NCBI GenBank assembly: GCA_002104905.1
Contig: MCFE01000353.1
Location: forward strand, 24,277-88,276
DNA from: Basidiobolus meristosporus CBS 931.73
Lineage: Eukaryota; Fungi; Basidiobolomycota
DNA: 64,000 bases
Reading direction: 5' to 3'
Shown: positions 1 to 14,000 of the stretch, piece after piece
How positions within the stretch are numbered: position 1 is the stretch's first letter
How the letters are laid out: each line of letters starts with the position of its first letter
The notes under the pieces: generated by a model
Told to the model about the DNA's origin: nothing
Seen by the model: only the letters and a program-made list of their open reading frames with translations
The model's database searches: none
Position numbers and translations under genes: made by a program

Positions 1-1899
1 GACGAACGTTGTCGGAGAGTTTCAAGAAGAATTTCATAAGGACCTGCTCCCAACCATCACGAGTGTCCACCTCGAGCTCATTGAGCGTTTGCAGTAACAG
101 CTTTCGCATATGCTGAAGTGAAGCAGCATTGATCTCCACATTGACTGGCGTGGAGTTGACTCTTTGGTGGTGTCTATACCCTTTGCTCCAGTGAGGATTG
201 CCATTGTTGAATCCCATGAAATGGCGTGGCTTGACCTTAGAATGAAAGCTCGGGCTTCGCGACCTCCAAAGCGGTGAGTTGTTTGAATGGCCTGTTTTGT
301 CACGCGCGAAACTGCTTCGACTGGACATTTTCTCTTTGTTGCCGTAGACTGGGTAGGACATTGAGCTGATATCCAGGAACTCGTCCTCGCCATGCGACTC
401 GTTGAAAGAGATCGGGGAGGACACTGCACCAATCTCTGGGGAGAGTCGAACTGCCTGTGACGAATTGATTACTGTTGGCACGAAATTAGCCGGTATAGTG
501 ATCCACGAGTCGTACGGAGACTCATCGTCATCTTCGCTCAAGAAAGGTGCGATTTCTGGGTCGATCAAAGGGTTGGGATCCATCATAGCGCTGTTCTTTG
601 GGTACTCTGCCGTGTATTTGCGAAATGGAGCTAAAAAGTTCATGTCGCCATTGGGATCTTCGGTGAGAGTGTTCGCTCTCGATCTGCCTGATAATATATT
701 GGTGCCTACAGATAACATCCTTTTGAATCCCTCCACTGAGTTGGTATCGATGAGTGAGCTTAATGAATAGGTAGCTGTGGGCTCAGCATTACTAAGCGCT
801 ACCGTTGGAGTAATTGAGTTTGGCAAAGTGACATGAGTCGGAGGAGCCAAGAATGAGAGCTTTTTGCTTAACAATTTGGGTGAACTGGTATGCGATGGTG
901 AAGGTATTTGTGCTTGTGTTTGTGTCTGCACTTGCGTTGGTGTTTGCGGCTGTGCTGGCACTATTGCTTGTGTTGGTGTTTGCGTTGGTGCTTGTGTTGA
1001 AGAACTTGATGTACTCTCTGATGTAACTGACGGAAGTACCAAAGCGGGAGGAGAAGGTGGTGCCACCAAGGGCTCGTCAATGGAGCTACCATCCAATGAT
1101 TCTCGGTCTTGTGAATACTCATTACTGATAAGAGACGAACAATAATTACAAACTCTCATCAAGCCAGGGTAGCCAAAGCGTTCGCCTGGGATGATTTTGG
1201 AAGAACATTTCGAACAGAATATTTGGCCTACAGATGGAAAACATTGCTCCCTTGATTAGCTTGATTGAAATGGCTGACCTAAAGGTAACAAAGTGAACAA
1301 AGGCTTAAGGAATTACCGCAGATTCGGCAATGATGTTTTCTTCGGAAGGTGGTGAACGGCGCTTTACATTCGTAGCATTCCTTACAGTGGTCGTCTTGCA
1401 TCCAGTAATCTTTATTGATGCCTTCGCCACGTAAACGCCTAATTATATTGCTGAAAGAACTTTTATTTGTAACTTGGAGCTGTTTGTGTTTGGGATGGCC
1501 TGGAAGCTTCTCAAGCGGCTCCAGATCGGACTTTGCATCTGATGATGGTAACATAGAAGCTCCAGTCATAGTAGAAGAGTTGTCACCCTGAATACTATCT
1601 CTCTCTTCCGACGATACCTTTCCTTGGCTCTCGGGCACTGTTAAGTTGGACATTATTGAGGCAGCTGAATGGATAGATGGTGCCGGATAATTAGCAGAAC
1701 TAGCGTCTCCTGTGAGGCTCAGATTTGCTACAGATGTATTATTTAAGGAACTTTTCACTCGACTGAATATCTTCGAGATAACACCAGAGTCTCCCCCTTC
1801 CGAGTCGTATCCAAGAGAATCGAAAGAAACAAACGAAATCGCATCGTTCAAGGGTGGCTGTAATTTATCATTATTCCGTCTTTCCTTGGAAAAAACCAT
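1..1899 (-). CDS. FAB1: Phosphatidylinositol-3-phosphate 5-kinase FAB1/PIKfyve, 5' part (multi-exon, runs off the window start)
   Basis: FYVE finger [30 protein letters not shown] in ORF 1279-1899. Downstream exons read VEINAASLQHMRKLLLQTL...WEQVLMKILLKLSDNV, the segment preceding the CCT-like domain. T/Q/P-rich linker at ~909-998. Confidence 0.9.
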
Positions 1900-2610
1900 G
1901 GAAGAGCTGAAATGGCGGGGAGACTTTCAGATTAAAGTGATTTTGGTAAGCGTGTTGCTTGTGAAGTACGGAGAAGCGTATCAGGAAAGCAGATTAATAA
2001 GTTGAGGGCGCAAGACTGTTCAATTCAAATCAGTTTCATAATACAATTCAACCTAATCCCTTAATACCAGACCATGCTGAGCACACGCCAAATTGGTTGG
2101 TCATTGGAACACCTATCATAATCCACATTTGCAATTCCAATTGGGGTATCAAAATAAACAGGTAGGAGCAAATTGATTAATTTAAACATTTGTCCAGATT
2201 CCATGCACGGCCACCACTCCATAAAGGTTTGCCGATATTTGAGGCTCAAGCCAGGGAGATCTAATTGTGACTGCTTAGCACCAACATACTGGCAAGTAGG
2301 CCAACAAACCCAAACAGGACACCCAGCAGCGGTTTGACCTACCCCATCGCCTGTCTTTGCTACCCGCCACCTCAAGAGACGCCAATCACAGGACACGATC
2401 TTCATTTTATTTACTTGGCCATAAGCCTCAACGAAGAAGGCAACGGCGCACAAAATCATGTTAACAAATATTTAATCCTCTAACATCTCCTACAGGGAGG
2501 GGATTGAGGTGGCATTCAGGCTGGCTGATTCAACGACAAAATGCACTTGCTAACTAGCTAGACTTCAGCTCAAATGTTCTCGCAAGCCCATTGCTAAGCG
2601 GAGTGCTGCC

Positions 2611-3491
2611 TCAAGGGTATTCCTCCTCCTCCTCAAGCACGTATCCGTGAGGGGGGATGGTCAGAGTGACATCTTCAAAAACTATCGAAGTGGGACGTAT
2701 GTCCTGAAAATCGATGGTTGCATTCTTAGCACTGATGTGTCGCTTGTTCCTGGCAAAGCAATCGGTAAGCTCGGGTGGCTATAATCCGGTGAAGGTATGG
2801 AAGATTACTTTTGAACTGTGGTGAGTAGTCGCCAGAACTGGGCTATGTTACGGATAACGAGGAAAACAGTATCAACAAGCTCCTCCTTTTCGTTGAAAGG
2901 CGAGCAGCCAAGGAACAGTAATATCAGTGTAGCGAGACAAAACATCATCAGCACCACATCTAGTATATTGAAGAGCGACTTCCAGTATGTCTATTTCAGG
3001 GCCATGGTTAGCGCCTATCGATATTCACCATTGGATCGCGGCCTCACCTTTCCCAACGCAACCATGCGAATTATCACCTCGAAAAGCATTGCTAGGTTGA
3101 TGATAATCTCCAAAACAAAAAACTCAAGTCCTGGGCTAATTCTATGGTTACGAAACACTCAAACACGCGATGTGGATAGACTGCGCATACCATTCATACA
3201 AGAAGCTCTGGAATGGGCACATACAAGCAACGTTTAGCAAAGCAGAACAATACAAAGATGTGAAGCTCTACATACCAGCACCACAGAAATCAAGCTGAGC
3301 ACCGCGAGCAAGATATACAGAAAAGTATAGAATTTGGAGTATACGATCCTGTTTGCCAGGTTACGAAATAGATCTCGCCGGGTAATCGCCACCACGTAGG
3401 TATCTGTCTCGACTTCTTCGGGCGACTTCTTGACCATGTTGCTGGTAATGCCGCTGCCAGGAGCCACACTCTGATAATTACTCTTGGTCAT
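2611..3491 (-). CDS. Small 4-TM Ion_trans/voltage-sensor-like membrane protein (~205 aa, 5 exons, no pore domain)
   Basis: The spliced model stays in frame across four GT-AG introns: S1 FYTFLYILLAVLSLISVVL, S2 FFVLEIIINLAMLFEVIIR, S3 FNILDVVL, S4 LVIRNIAQFWRLL, acidic tail EEEEEYP*. Confidence 0.72.
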
Positions 3492-5432
3492 TCAAGTTGG
3501 AGCAGTGTAAAGATAAGGTGCAAGAGGGCTTATTGTCAATGGGCCTCATTATTTGTAAAAGCGAGATATGCTCCTCCATGTTTCACCCTTGAGTAGCTAT
3601 TCCTAGGAGGCTGCAGATACGAGACTCGCATGCAGGGCGAAGCTGAAGCTGCTTAAATTTCCGCACGAAATATGAGCTGCAATATTTCGTTTAGGCTCTC
3701 CGATCATCCGACAATTGACAATCATTATTAATTACCAACCAGTTTGAACGTGACCCCCTCTCCAATATGCTTGCACGTATGATGTCCCTCCCTTGTCAGG
3801 GGCAATACCACATTGAAAGAACCTTCATGTACTACATTCATTGACTTGTGGCACATCTTACTTCCAGACCCTATTGTGGTGATCCCAACCTCCTGCAACG
3901 GAATAATTCCAGATCAAGCCTGATACCAACAAACGCGTTATCTGGAATTCTCTTGAAAGCCCAAACACTCGGGGAAATGCGAACAAGGGTGTTTCGCGGC
4001 CGCTATGCTGTTTTTGGGGTCTGGAACGACACCACGTTGTGTGGTGAAGGGTCTCCCTCTCGTGGAAATATACGGGGCTTCAGCAGGAACAGCGAAGCCG
4101 CTACTCCGAAAGTAAGCTTCCACGTACAAGGCAAGATTCTCGGCTCACATCCAAGAAACGAGCAAAGCTGTAGAGCTTCGGCCGGTTAATTTACAGCGAT
4201 TTGGGAGTTTGTTGACCCTAGAATAAAATCTCCTGGACCAAATCTACATCTGCATGATGTCCTCTACTAGCGCAAGTGCCCAACACCCGCATCAGTTGGC
4301 AACGCACGCACAGCATTTCAAACTTTGTCGTATCTGGATAGAACCAGGTTAGCCAACTTGACTTGGCATGCATCGTTGAGCAGTATGCTGGTAGGTGGTT
4401 GACCATTCAAAACCATGGTTACAAACGGCATGATTAGCCTAAAAATCCAGATTAAAGCTCTATTGAAAACTGATTTGTAAACACCTAATGCACTAAACCA
4501 GCCTTAGTGATGATAATCATGATAGTACATATAGAGCAGGCTTTGCGAAGTTTCCAACATGACTGCATGAAGGAGCATCAGCAATGCTCCATAGAAAATC
4601 ACTTGACATGAGCCTGCACATCAACAAGTGAACTAGCGTGGACCATGAGATGGTCTAACATGATCAGCACAGTTGTTGCTACTGCATCTCCGTAATTCCC
4701 TGATTTGTCCAATTGATATTGTGGGTAATTTTGGTTGTGCTGTAAGGGAGTTTTGGTTGTTCAAGATTGGGCGTGTCCAGGAATCCAATCCTTTATGTAA
4801 ACAGCACGGCCCCGTGATCGCAATGTTACACCGCCACGGGCACCGATCATGAGAGTGGTTTGTGAACTGCTCAAGAAATTCATGCATTGGTGGACAGTCG
4901 ATTGTTGATGTAACAGATCTCTTGCCAAACAAAAAGTCGTTAGATTCAGAATCTAATGCAGGCGGAGCTGCGGCACTAAACCTAGTTGTGCTTCAGGACC
5001 ATGCTTCAGCCAACCCCCCCCCCACGAACTGGAGTCCGTGTTAAACCAAACTTTATCGGAGTCAAAGCCGAAAGCAGAATCATGTTCTGGTCGTGAATGA
5101 AACTCCAGAGATCTCGGGAGCCCAATTTGGCCAACTCTCCTAAACTCCCAGCTATTCAAGTCGAATGAAACCAATCGATATTTCAATTGTTTGTATTCTA
5201 AAGTAAAATATAGTTCACTCAATGAAAACAGAACTTCGAGAATCCAAAAATAGAGAAAAGGAAACAGTATGACAATATTACATCGAAATGAAGAAAGGCT
5301 GAAGGAGTGCGACCAAATTAAGGTAATGAAAGGGAGAGGTTCACTTTACTGTTGGCTTTTAAGAAGTGTAGGTGGGGTGGGGTGGGGTTAGGTAAATCGT
5401 ATTGAGTGAGATAGATTGGGCGATACAACTGC

Positions 5433-6995
5433 TTACTCGAGTTGAACATGAGCCTGGCTTCTTGGAATAGGAACAAAGTTGTGGACATCAATGCCGCGAG
5501 CAAAGAGTTCGTGTTCAAGATGGTGCGGTACAAGCGCACGAATGAGATCGGGGCGAATCGACAACTCTAACAGACAATTAGAAAGGATTTAGAGACATGC
5601 TGTCAGATCTAATGAGGTTGAAATCGTACCATTGGGAGTGAAGTTGAACAGCGGAGGGAACTCCTTGGAAATATCGGAGTTTTGACGCAACTCATCAAAG
5701 AATGGATGAGCCATAGCCTCCACCGCCGTAAGTCGCTTGCTAGGTGTATAGTCAAGTAGACGAGTAACCAAATCGATGGCATCTTCCGGAGCCCGAGAGC
5801 GAAAGATTTTTGAGAAGGGGTGTGGTTTGATTTGTGGGAACTTGTGGTCAACATAGTGAGGGTTCATACTGCGAATTTGCTCTCTAGATGGTGTTCCCAA
5901 CACTTTGATAATTTCAACCAGCTGATCAATGCTACTATCTCCTGGGAATAGAGGTTGCCCAGATATCAACTCGGCCATAACACATCCGGAAGACCATATA
6001 TCTAGTAATAATCAGTAAAGCGACTTTAGTATCGACATGCTACTCGAGCTAACTCAGTAATGGTGGGATGTACCTATACTTGTGGTGTAATTGGTGGCAC
6101 TGAAGATAAGCTCAGGGGCACGGTAATAGCGCGAACAAATGTATGCAACATTGGGTTCTCCAGGTACAAGCGCTTTTGCACTGTTATATCACAATACAAT
6201 TAGAGAACGATTACATTACTGCTATAATGAATGCCCTACCTTCCAAAGTCACACAACTTTAAAACGCCAGTAGCACTGTCAACTAGGAGATTTTGAGGCT
6301 TTATATCCCGATGGCATACACCCATCGAATGAATATAAGCCAATGAACGAAAGAGTTGATACATGTAGAGTTTCACGTGGAGAATGGGGACTTGCTGTCT
6401 TAGTTTGTTATACTGCTTCACGACTTTGTAGATTGTTTCTGGAACAAACTCAAGGATCAAGTTCAAATAAACTTCCTCTTTCTGGTAGACAAAAATTGTG
6501 AGTATTCAGAACATGCCTAAACCAGGGTTGTTAAGCACGTACCCGTTCACCATTCGTGTGAAAGAAGGCTTTCAAGTCCACGATATTAGGGTGTGACAAG
6601 GTTCTCATAATTTGCAATTCTCGATTCTAAATTTCAATAAGCTAAGTACAGGCTAGCTTATGAGATATAACTTTATGGGGCTACCTTATATCTTCTGTCT
6701 TGTAAAACTTTTTTTATGGCAATTTCCTCGCCGGTCTCGAGAAGTTGCGCTTGGTGAACGACTCCGAATGACCCATTTCCTACAACCTTGCAATTGGTAT
6801 AGGAAATCTCCAAAGGCTCGCCGGTCTTTCCCTCGCTGACGGAAGCACGAATAACTTTGTCGGTTTCGCCTAGAATATGTGTCAATAGGAATACCTTCTT
6901 CACTCAAGGTGCGACCAAATTCTATGGAGTAGGAACATACCAAGAAAACGGGAGCTGGTTGATGAAGCAACTTGAGTGGGACCCTGATTAGCCAT
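5433..6995 (-). CDS. GSK3: Glycogen synthase kinase-3 (multi-exon)
   Basis: [51 protein letters not shown] and [18 protein letters not shown] motifs. Last exon ends ...HVQLE* (stop 5433-5435). ATG inferred at 6995. Confidence 0.95.
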
Positions 6996-8850
6996 GTGGA
7001 ACTCTAAAGAAACATATAAGAGGCAAAACAGGAGGAAACTTAATATGCAACGACATAGTTACTTTGTTAACAGAGATTGGTTCTTTTTAAGTTGAAGAAA
7101 GTAGTTTTGTTGAAAGTATACAACGAGATGAGGGATTAGAATGGGGAGATTAGAATAGCGAGAACGCGTGTATGTAGTGTTGCGCTGACTAACAGGAGAA
7201 TAATTAGAGGAAGTGATAGTTTAGGTAAAGTACAATAAGTCCTTCGCAAAATCCGTGTATGGTTGAGTTATGGAGATCCTTTATCAAGAGGGATTTAAGA
7301 AACAAAAGTGCCAATGTAAAGGTAATAAACAAATTAATGTGTACTCTCAAATCAGATTAACACTGTAGGTTTTCCGGTTTAACCGAGTTGATGCCAATTT
7401 CTGGTTACTAGAGATCAGGCGTGTGGCATGAACATGATAATGTTTGGAGTGGGGACTCGCAAGCCGAAATACAAAACCTGATGATTAGCCGAAGATAAGG
7501 AGCCGATCCAGATGTTCTAAAAAGATCAGTACAGTCATATGATTACTCATTTACATCAGAAACCCCAGTATGTGGACTTGTGAATATATATGAACTGATA
7601 TATACAGAAAATTTATGAAGTTGGATCGATGGACCAGCTCTTGGGGTAAGAAAGGGCTCTTTACCCAAGGAGCCCCAAATTCTACCATTTTAGTTGCTCA
7701 TATTTGACAGAGGCATAAACAGCTTGGTCCTAAGACCTTCAGTCTGAAGGTAGCATTACAGTCATTGGTGAAATCCGGTCGATATCTTGAGCATTCGTGT
7801 CAAATGATTGATTCCCAGGCAAAAACGGAAAATATACTAATGTATTAAATTATACTTATCAAGATTGATATGGACATTGAAGAGTTTATGGAAACGCGAG
7901 GCCCATAGCAATAACCTCAATGCTCAACTTTGTAAATTCTGGGCCGGTTACTCAATATGGCCAAGTCAGCTGCTTACACAAAGGTTCGTAATTAGAAGGC
8001 TACTCAAGCGCTGGAGTATGAGATTAGATATGCTGTGAGGCGGTTTTTGGGGAGACATGCGTGAGATCGATATTTCCTATCCCCACTAGTGGCGATGTAG
8101 CTGACGGACACTGACTCAACGGGATGGGATTTTCTAGCAAATCTGGACCATGCCGCGGCTCGGCAATCCATTGAGCTCTCGGTTGGATATTCGTCATAGA
8201 TCCAACCATATATTGCCTTATTGTTCATGCCTCCCGCCCTCCTTGCCCTTCATTGTACTCTCCCTGTTTCCGAGAGCGCCTGTGTGATGGCGGCCATGAA
8301 AATATCTATATATACTCTGCACTGCCTGTACCATTCTGAACGATGAAGTCATATTTGTGTACAGGCAACTGAAGAACACACCAGCCCAAAACGGGTGCTT
8401 TTTCAAAATAAATGCTTAACATTGTGATTACCTTGGCACACCCTAGCCAGGTTAGCGTCAAAGTTGTTTAGAAGTGGTGAATGATTACCAACTATAATGC
8501 ACATCGAATCGTGATCTGTGTGGGCTCTGGTGGCGAATTGATATTTATTGGGCTTGTTTTTTTGCCTGATTCAATTACACTATAATGAAATAATGTAGAT
8601 CTGAAAAAAATTTCAGTAAAAAAAAAGCAAGGGCGTAACCGCAGAATCTACCCCTTAAGCTCGCATTTTTACTTTCAACTTCGGGTCACTCATTTCTTGC
8701 TGGCGCTTGTTTACGAAAGGTACCTTGGACTTTCTGTTCTTTTGCTCCATACATTCCCTTTCTTTGACTTATAGGTAATACAAGTATTTCTCCCCCAGTG
8801 GTTTTCTTAAGTTAACTTGCTCTTTTACCTGATATTACTTAGCATACAAA

Positions 8851-10219
8851 ATGTCATCCCAACAACAAGGAAACGAAACCGACCGCAATGTTGAAATCTG
8901 GAAGATCAAGAAATTGATTAAGAATTTGGAAGCCGCCAGAGGGTTTGTTGCATTCCTTCCTCCTTCCCAACTGTTCCCTAGTTAAAATTTCCCCTTTTAC
9001 CCGTAGAAATGGTACCTCTATGATTTCCTTGATTCTCCCACCCAAGGATCAGATTTCACGTGCAGCTAAGATGCTTGCCGATGAGTATGGTACTGCTTCC
9101 AACATCAAGAGTAGAGTCAATCGTCTTTCAGTTTTAGCTGCCATTACTTCCACTCAACAGCGTCTTAAGCTATATACCAGAGTTCCTGAAAATGGCTTAG
9201 TCGTATACTGTGGTACTATTTTGACTGATGAAGGCAAAGAAAAGAAGGTCAATATCGATTTTGAGCCCTTCAAGCCCATCAACACCTCTCTTTACTTATG
9301 CGACAACAAGTTCCATACTGAACCCCTTTCCGAATTGATGGAATCGGACTCCAAGTTTGGATTTATTGTCATGGACGGTAACGGTACTTTGTTCGGTACC
9401 TTGTCCGGTAATACTCGTGATATTGTTCACAAGCTTTCCGTTGATCTTCCCAAGAAGCACGGTAGAGGTGGTCAGTCCGCTCTTCGTTTTGCTCGTCTTC
9501 GTGAGGAAAAGCGTCACAACTACGTGAGAAAGGTCGCTGAATTAGCTGTGCAATTCTTCATCACCAACGATAAGGTCAACGTTGCTGGTTTGGTTCTTGC
9601 TGGTTCTGCCGATTTCAAGACCGAGTTGTCCCAATCCGAATTGTTTGATCAAAGACTGCAGGCCAAGATCATCAAGGTTGTTGATGTTTCTTATGGTGGT
9701 GAGAACGGTTTCAACCAAGCCATTGAGTTGTCCGGTGAGGTCTTGGCCAACGTCAAGTTCATCCAAGAGAAGAAGTTGATTCAGAAATACTTCGACGAAA
9801 TCTCCCAAGATACTGGTAAATACTGCTTCGGTATTGACGATACCCTCAAGGGTCTTGAGCTTGGTGCCGTCGAAACCTTGATTGTGTGGGAAAGCTTGGC
9901 CACTACCCGCTATGTTCTTAAGAACTCCGCTGGTCAAGAAGATATCAAGCACTTGTCTCCCGAGCAAGAGGCCGACAAGGCCAACTTCATGGATCCCGAA
10001 ACCAAAACTGAGATGGAGGTGGTCGAGAAGCAGCCATTGCTTGAGTGGTTCGCCGAGAAGTACAAGGACTTCGGTGCTACTCTCGAATTCGTAACCAACC
10101 GCTCTCAAGAGGGTGCTCAGTTCGTCAAGGGCTTTGGTGGTGTTGGTGGCTTACTTAGATACAAGGTCGACTTCGCCACAATGGTTTACGATTCTGATGA
10201 TGAATTCTTCTCCGACTAA
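8851..10219 (+). CDS. SUP45: Eukaryotic peptide chain release factor 1 (eRF1); intron 8943-9006
   Basis: Exon 1 [31 protein letters not shown] splices in frame to NGTSMISL. Canonical TASNIKS, YLCDNKF and GRGGQS motifs. Confidence 0.98.
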
Positions 10220-11051
10220 GTCTACTCCCAATTTTCGTCTTCTAAATGTCTTTAATTAAAGAATACCTTGCCTTGTATTTCATCAATTATTTGTTCGGTG
10301 TCTTTCCTTTTCCCCACGACAAATGCTATGGTGCAGCATTACACAATGGACAGACGATTGTTTCCTGCTTGGTATTCCATAGATAGGTCATAATTCCCGC
10401 TGCTGCGGGTTGCGACAACGCCGCCTCTGACATTGTATGACGTTGATGGCTCTGAGACCATCGGTGTTTGAGCATATTGCACCGCGTTCGGGATGGACAG
10501 CCGCTGGTCCGCGTAGATTATCGTAGATACCAGTGTGTTTCTGCTCAGAGCATGACAGAGCACCCCTGTTTTAAGGGACAACCGCCCTCCAAACTAGTTG
10601 CAAGGAAACATAGCAAGGCCATGCCATCTAGCGGCATCTTCACCTGGATGAATCCGTCAGTATGCCCTATCGATCCCTTCATAAAGCGGTACAATGCAGT
10701 TCGATATATTCGGATATCATGGCATGCAGTGGATTAAAGGATGTGCGGCTTCTGTGTCAGGTATTTATTTATCATATTAACCCCTTTCTATTAGCCGTTA
10801 AGATGTGCAAGTCTATATTGCAGATATGCACTCTATTACACTGTATGAAGTTTAGCGTATTTTGTATCTTCCGCTGCCCCTTATAGACACTGAAGCGTCA
10901 TTGTGAAACCTTTATTCATCTTATTCCAACATTCCACCTCGCGACTAGCAGTACTAGCGGTACAACTGACACTGAAAGGTAAGGTGACAACACGCCAGTT
11001 AGTAGCTGTTGGTCAATGTTAACTCGGGACCAAGTTTGATAGTGAATTTTC

Positions 11052-14000
11052 ATGTCGGGTAACAATGTTAAAGTCGTATGTCGATTTCGGCCACAGAACA
11101 AACTCGAGGAAAGAAACAACGGACGAACGGTTGTCGATATCGATGATTCAGGAACCTCAGTTAAATTCGAAGTAACGCCTTTCCTTTTACAGTTTGATAC
11201 ACTAGTCACTAAGCCCCTCCCCTTCATTCAATCGAACTTGCATAGAGTAAGGAACATCGAGGGACTTTCAACTTTGATAGGTGCTATTCTCCAACCGCTT
11301 CTCAACAAGAGGTATTCGAGTATGGTATCATACAAACCGTGGAAGGTATTTGGCGAACTTCGTGTAGCCCATGGCATAACGGTGTATTGATGTTTCGGAA
11401 TTAGATGTTATGTGTGGCTATAACGGCACGGTGCTTGCATACGGCCAAACCGGTAGTGGTAAAACTCATACGATGATGGTAGCTTATCTGTATTGTCAAC
11501 CGGAAAAGCATGACTCGTTTGGCTTATATGCAATTTGCTTGATAGGGGGATATGGAGAGTGCCGAATTCCAAGGCATTATACCTCGCATCGTGGAAACAA
11601 TCTTTCAATCGATCCACGACTCCCCATATACCACCGAGTATACAGTCAAGGTATCCTGCATGGAGATATACATGGAGAGAATCCGTGACCTGCTAAACCG
11701 TCAGTATTTGTAGAGTGAACAACGATCACGAGAGGTCACTAATCACTCTTGCTTACAGCCAAAAACGACAACCTGTCCATCCACGAGGATAAAAATCGAG
11801 GGATCTACGTGAAGGATCTATGTGAGGTGTACGTTAGCGATTTGCAAGAAGTTTACGAGGTTATGGACCGTGGAGCGAGTGCCCGTGCCGTATCCTCTAC
11901 AAGTAAGGCCACGTGATTCGTTGGGCACTTAATGAAGCTCTACTTACTATTTTCCCTCACGAACCGCAGACATGAATGCTGAGAGCTCGCGTTCCCACTC
12001 CATCTTCATAATTGTGATCAGTCAAAAGAACCTGGTAGACGGGAGCGTAAAGACCGGAAAGCTGTACTTGGTTGACCTGGCTGGGTCCGAGAAAGTTGGC
12101 AAAACTGGCGCCTCTGGTCAAACCTTGGAGGAGGCCAAAAAGATCAACAAGTCGTTAACGACTCTTGGCATGGTCATCAATGCGCTCTCTGATGGCAAGG
12201 TATCGACCCTTATGAAAAGTACAATCACTCTACTTTACTTATGATCCTAATGTCTACACCATGCCAGTCGACCCATATACCATATCGCGACAGTAAGCTT
12301 ACTAGAATTCTGCAAGAATCCCTGGGTGGAAACTCTCGCACCACATTGATTATCAACTGCTCTCCCTCGTCCTACAATGATGCCGAAACCTTGAGCACAC
12401 TTCGCTTCGGAGCAAGGTACAGATACTCATAGCTGATGCCCTGTTACCTCACGTTCATCTGGAAAACCATTACCTGCAGAGCAAAAACCATCAAGAACAA
12501 AGCCAAGGTTAACCAAGAGCTGAGCTCTGAGCAGCTGAAGGCGATGCTAAAACAATCCAAGGCTGAAGCACTCACCTTTAGACAATACACTGCCTTGTTG
12601 GAGGATGAACTAGTCGTCTGGCGCTCAGGTAGGCCCAAAAGGATTTAGCGTTTCTCATTGCACAACTAAGGAGTTGAATACTGTTCAGGCGGCTCTGTTC
12701 CCCAGGAGAAGTATGCTTCCATGGAAAAGGTTGCTGGAGCAAACAAAGGTCAATTCAAAAACATACAACATTCATATTCTGGCTCGCCGGTGCCTAGAGC
12801 CCCTCTGACTCCAGTTTCGTACGGAGTAAACTCTCGTACGATGTCCCCGGCTCAGCAACTCCAAGAAAACGAGTTGGCTGAGCAGCTCGCGGAAAAGGCA
12901 AGCCTAGCTATCGGTTTGACTCGAAGCATAATAAGCCATTTAACACGCTAAACCATAGGAACTGGAGCTCAATGAACAAACCAAATTAAATCTTGCCTTG
13001 AAGGAGCAATTCATTTCCTTGAAAAAACAGGCGATAAAACACGCTAAGGTTAGTGGGATTCGCTCTGCGATTGCGCATATATTAATGCTGATCCTTCGGA
13101 AACCAGGAGAACAAAGATATGATCACCAAGATCACTGAGCTGCGAAATCAATTAGAGAAAAGCAAAAGTGAGAACCAAGTTGTTGTCATTGGCATGAACA
13201 ACCTCAATGAGACCAACCAAAACCTGGTTGACGAACTAAAGGGATTGAAGGTAAGTCCTTCGTAGCCACGTGGTATATGGAGAGTACCATCTTAGAATGA
13301 TGTTGGACCAGAAAACCATCACCCAGATTATACGCTCTTCCGAAGATACCAGAAATGGCGCCAGTAACGACAAAGAGAAGGTGGCCCAGATTATTGCTGA
13401 ACTTTCAAATTCGGTGAGTAGCATTGACGAGAATTGGAAATAGCGTTACTAATTCGATGCACAGATTGCTAGCGGAAGGCAGCAGGCTAGGAACGGCTCC
13501 ACAGAGGCCAATAATGTGATCAAGGCTTCAAGACTTGACGGGCCCCAGGCCAAGCCGCTCGGAGGGCAATATGAACGAACCGTAAATGAACTGAAATACG
13601 AAGATAGCCTACACCCTCATAAAAAAGATGAGTCCGATTCCCAGTATTCGAAGCCCAACACTCATAGTAGAAACCCAATTGGTGTGATGTCGAAGCGCTC
13701 TATATGATTACACCCCATCAATTCGCTTATACTTCTCTCTGTGTAGACAAATCCGTCGTTGAACAGAAAGCAGGTGGCAACCCATATGTTTCGAGAGTAG
13801 CCGACGAATTGGTATTGTTATTTGATCTCTATAACATTGCACCAATGCTGACTTCTTTTTGAAGGGCAAGTCTCTAAAATCCAACTTCAAAGAGACCCAA
13901 ATTCGTGATGGGAATAAGCAAGACACCCATGGAAGAAACGAAGGCATTCAAGGCTTCAACAGGTACATATTGCTTCGAGTTGCTGAATTGGCTTTCTATT

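Noticed and set aside
2611-3491. Calling the VSD protein an Hv1 proton channel
   Set aside because: No S1 Asp selectivity residue and no RxWRxxR in S4.
3500-5300. ORFs and C/D-box-like motifs between the VSD gene and GSK3 (also 7000-8600, 10300-11000, 22650-23350)
   Set aside because: No recognisable domains, no paired C/D boxes with terminal stems, no tRNA/rRNA signatures.
10217-10340. eRF1 autoregulation by stop readthrough plus a 3' UTR intron
   Set aside because: The stop is TAA-G (non-leaky), the extension closes after 11 codons, and there is no convincing 3' UTR intron.
13251-13311. Apparent frameshift or premature stop in the kinesin
   Set aside because: Using the AG at 13310-13311 gives a normal 61-nt phase-0 intron.
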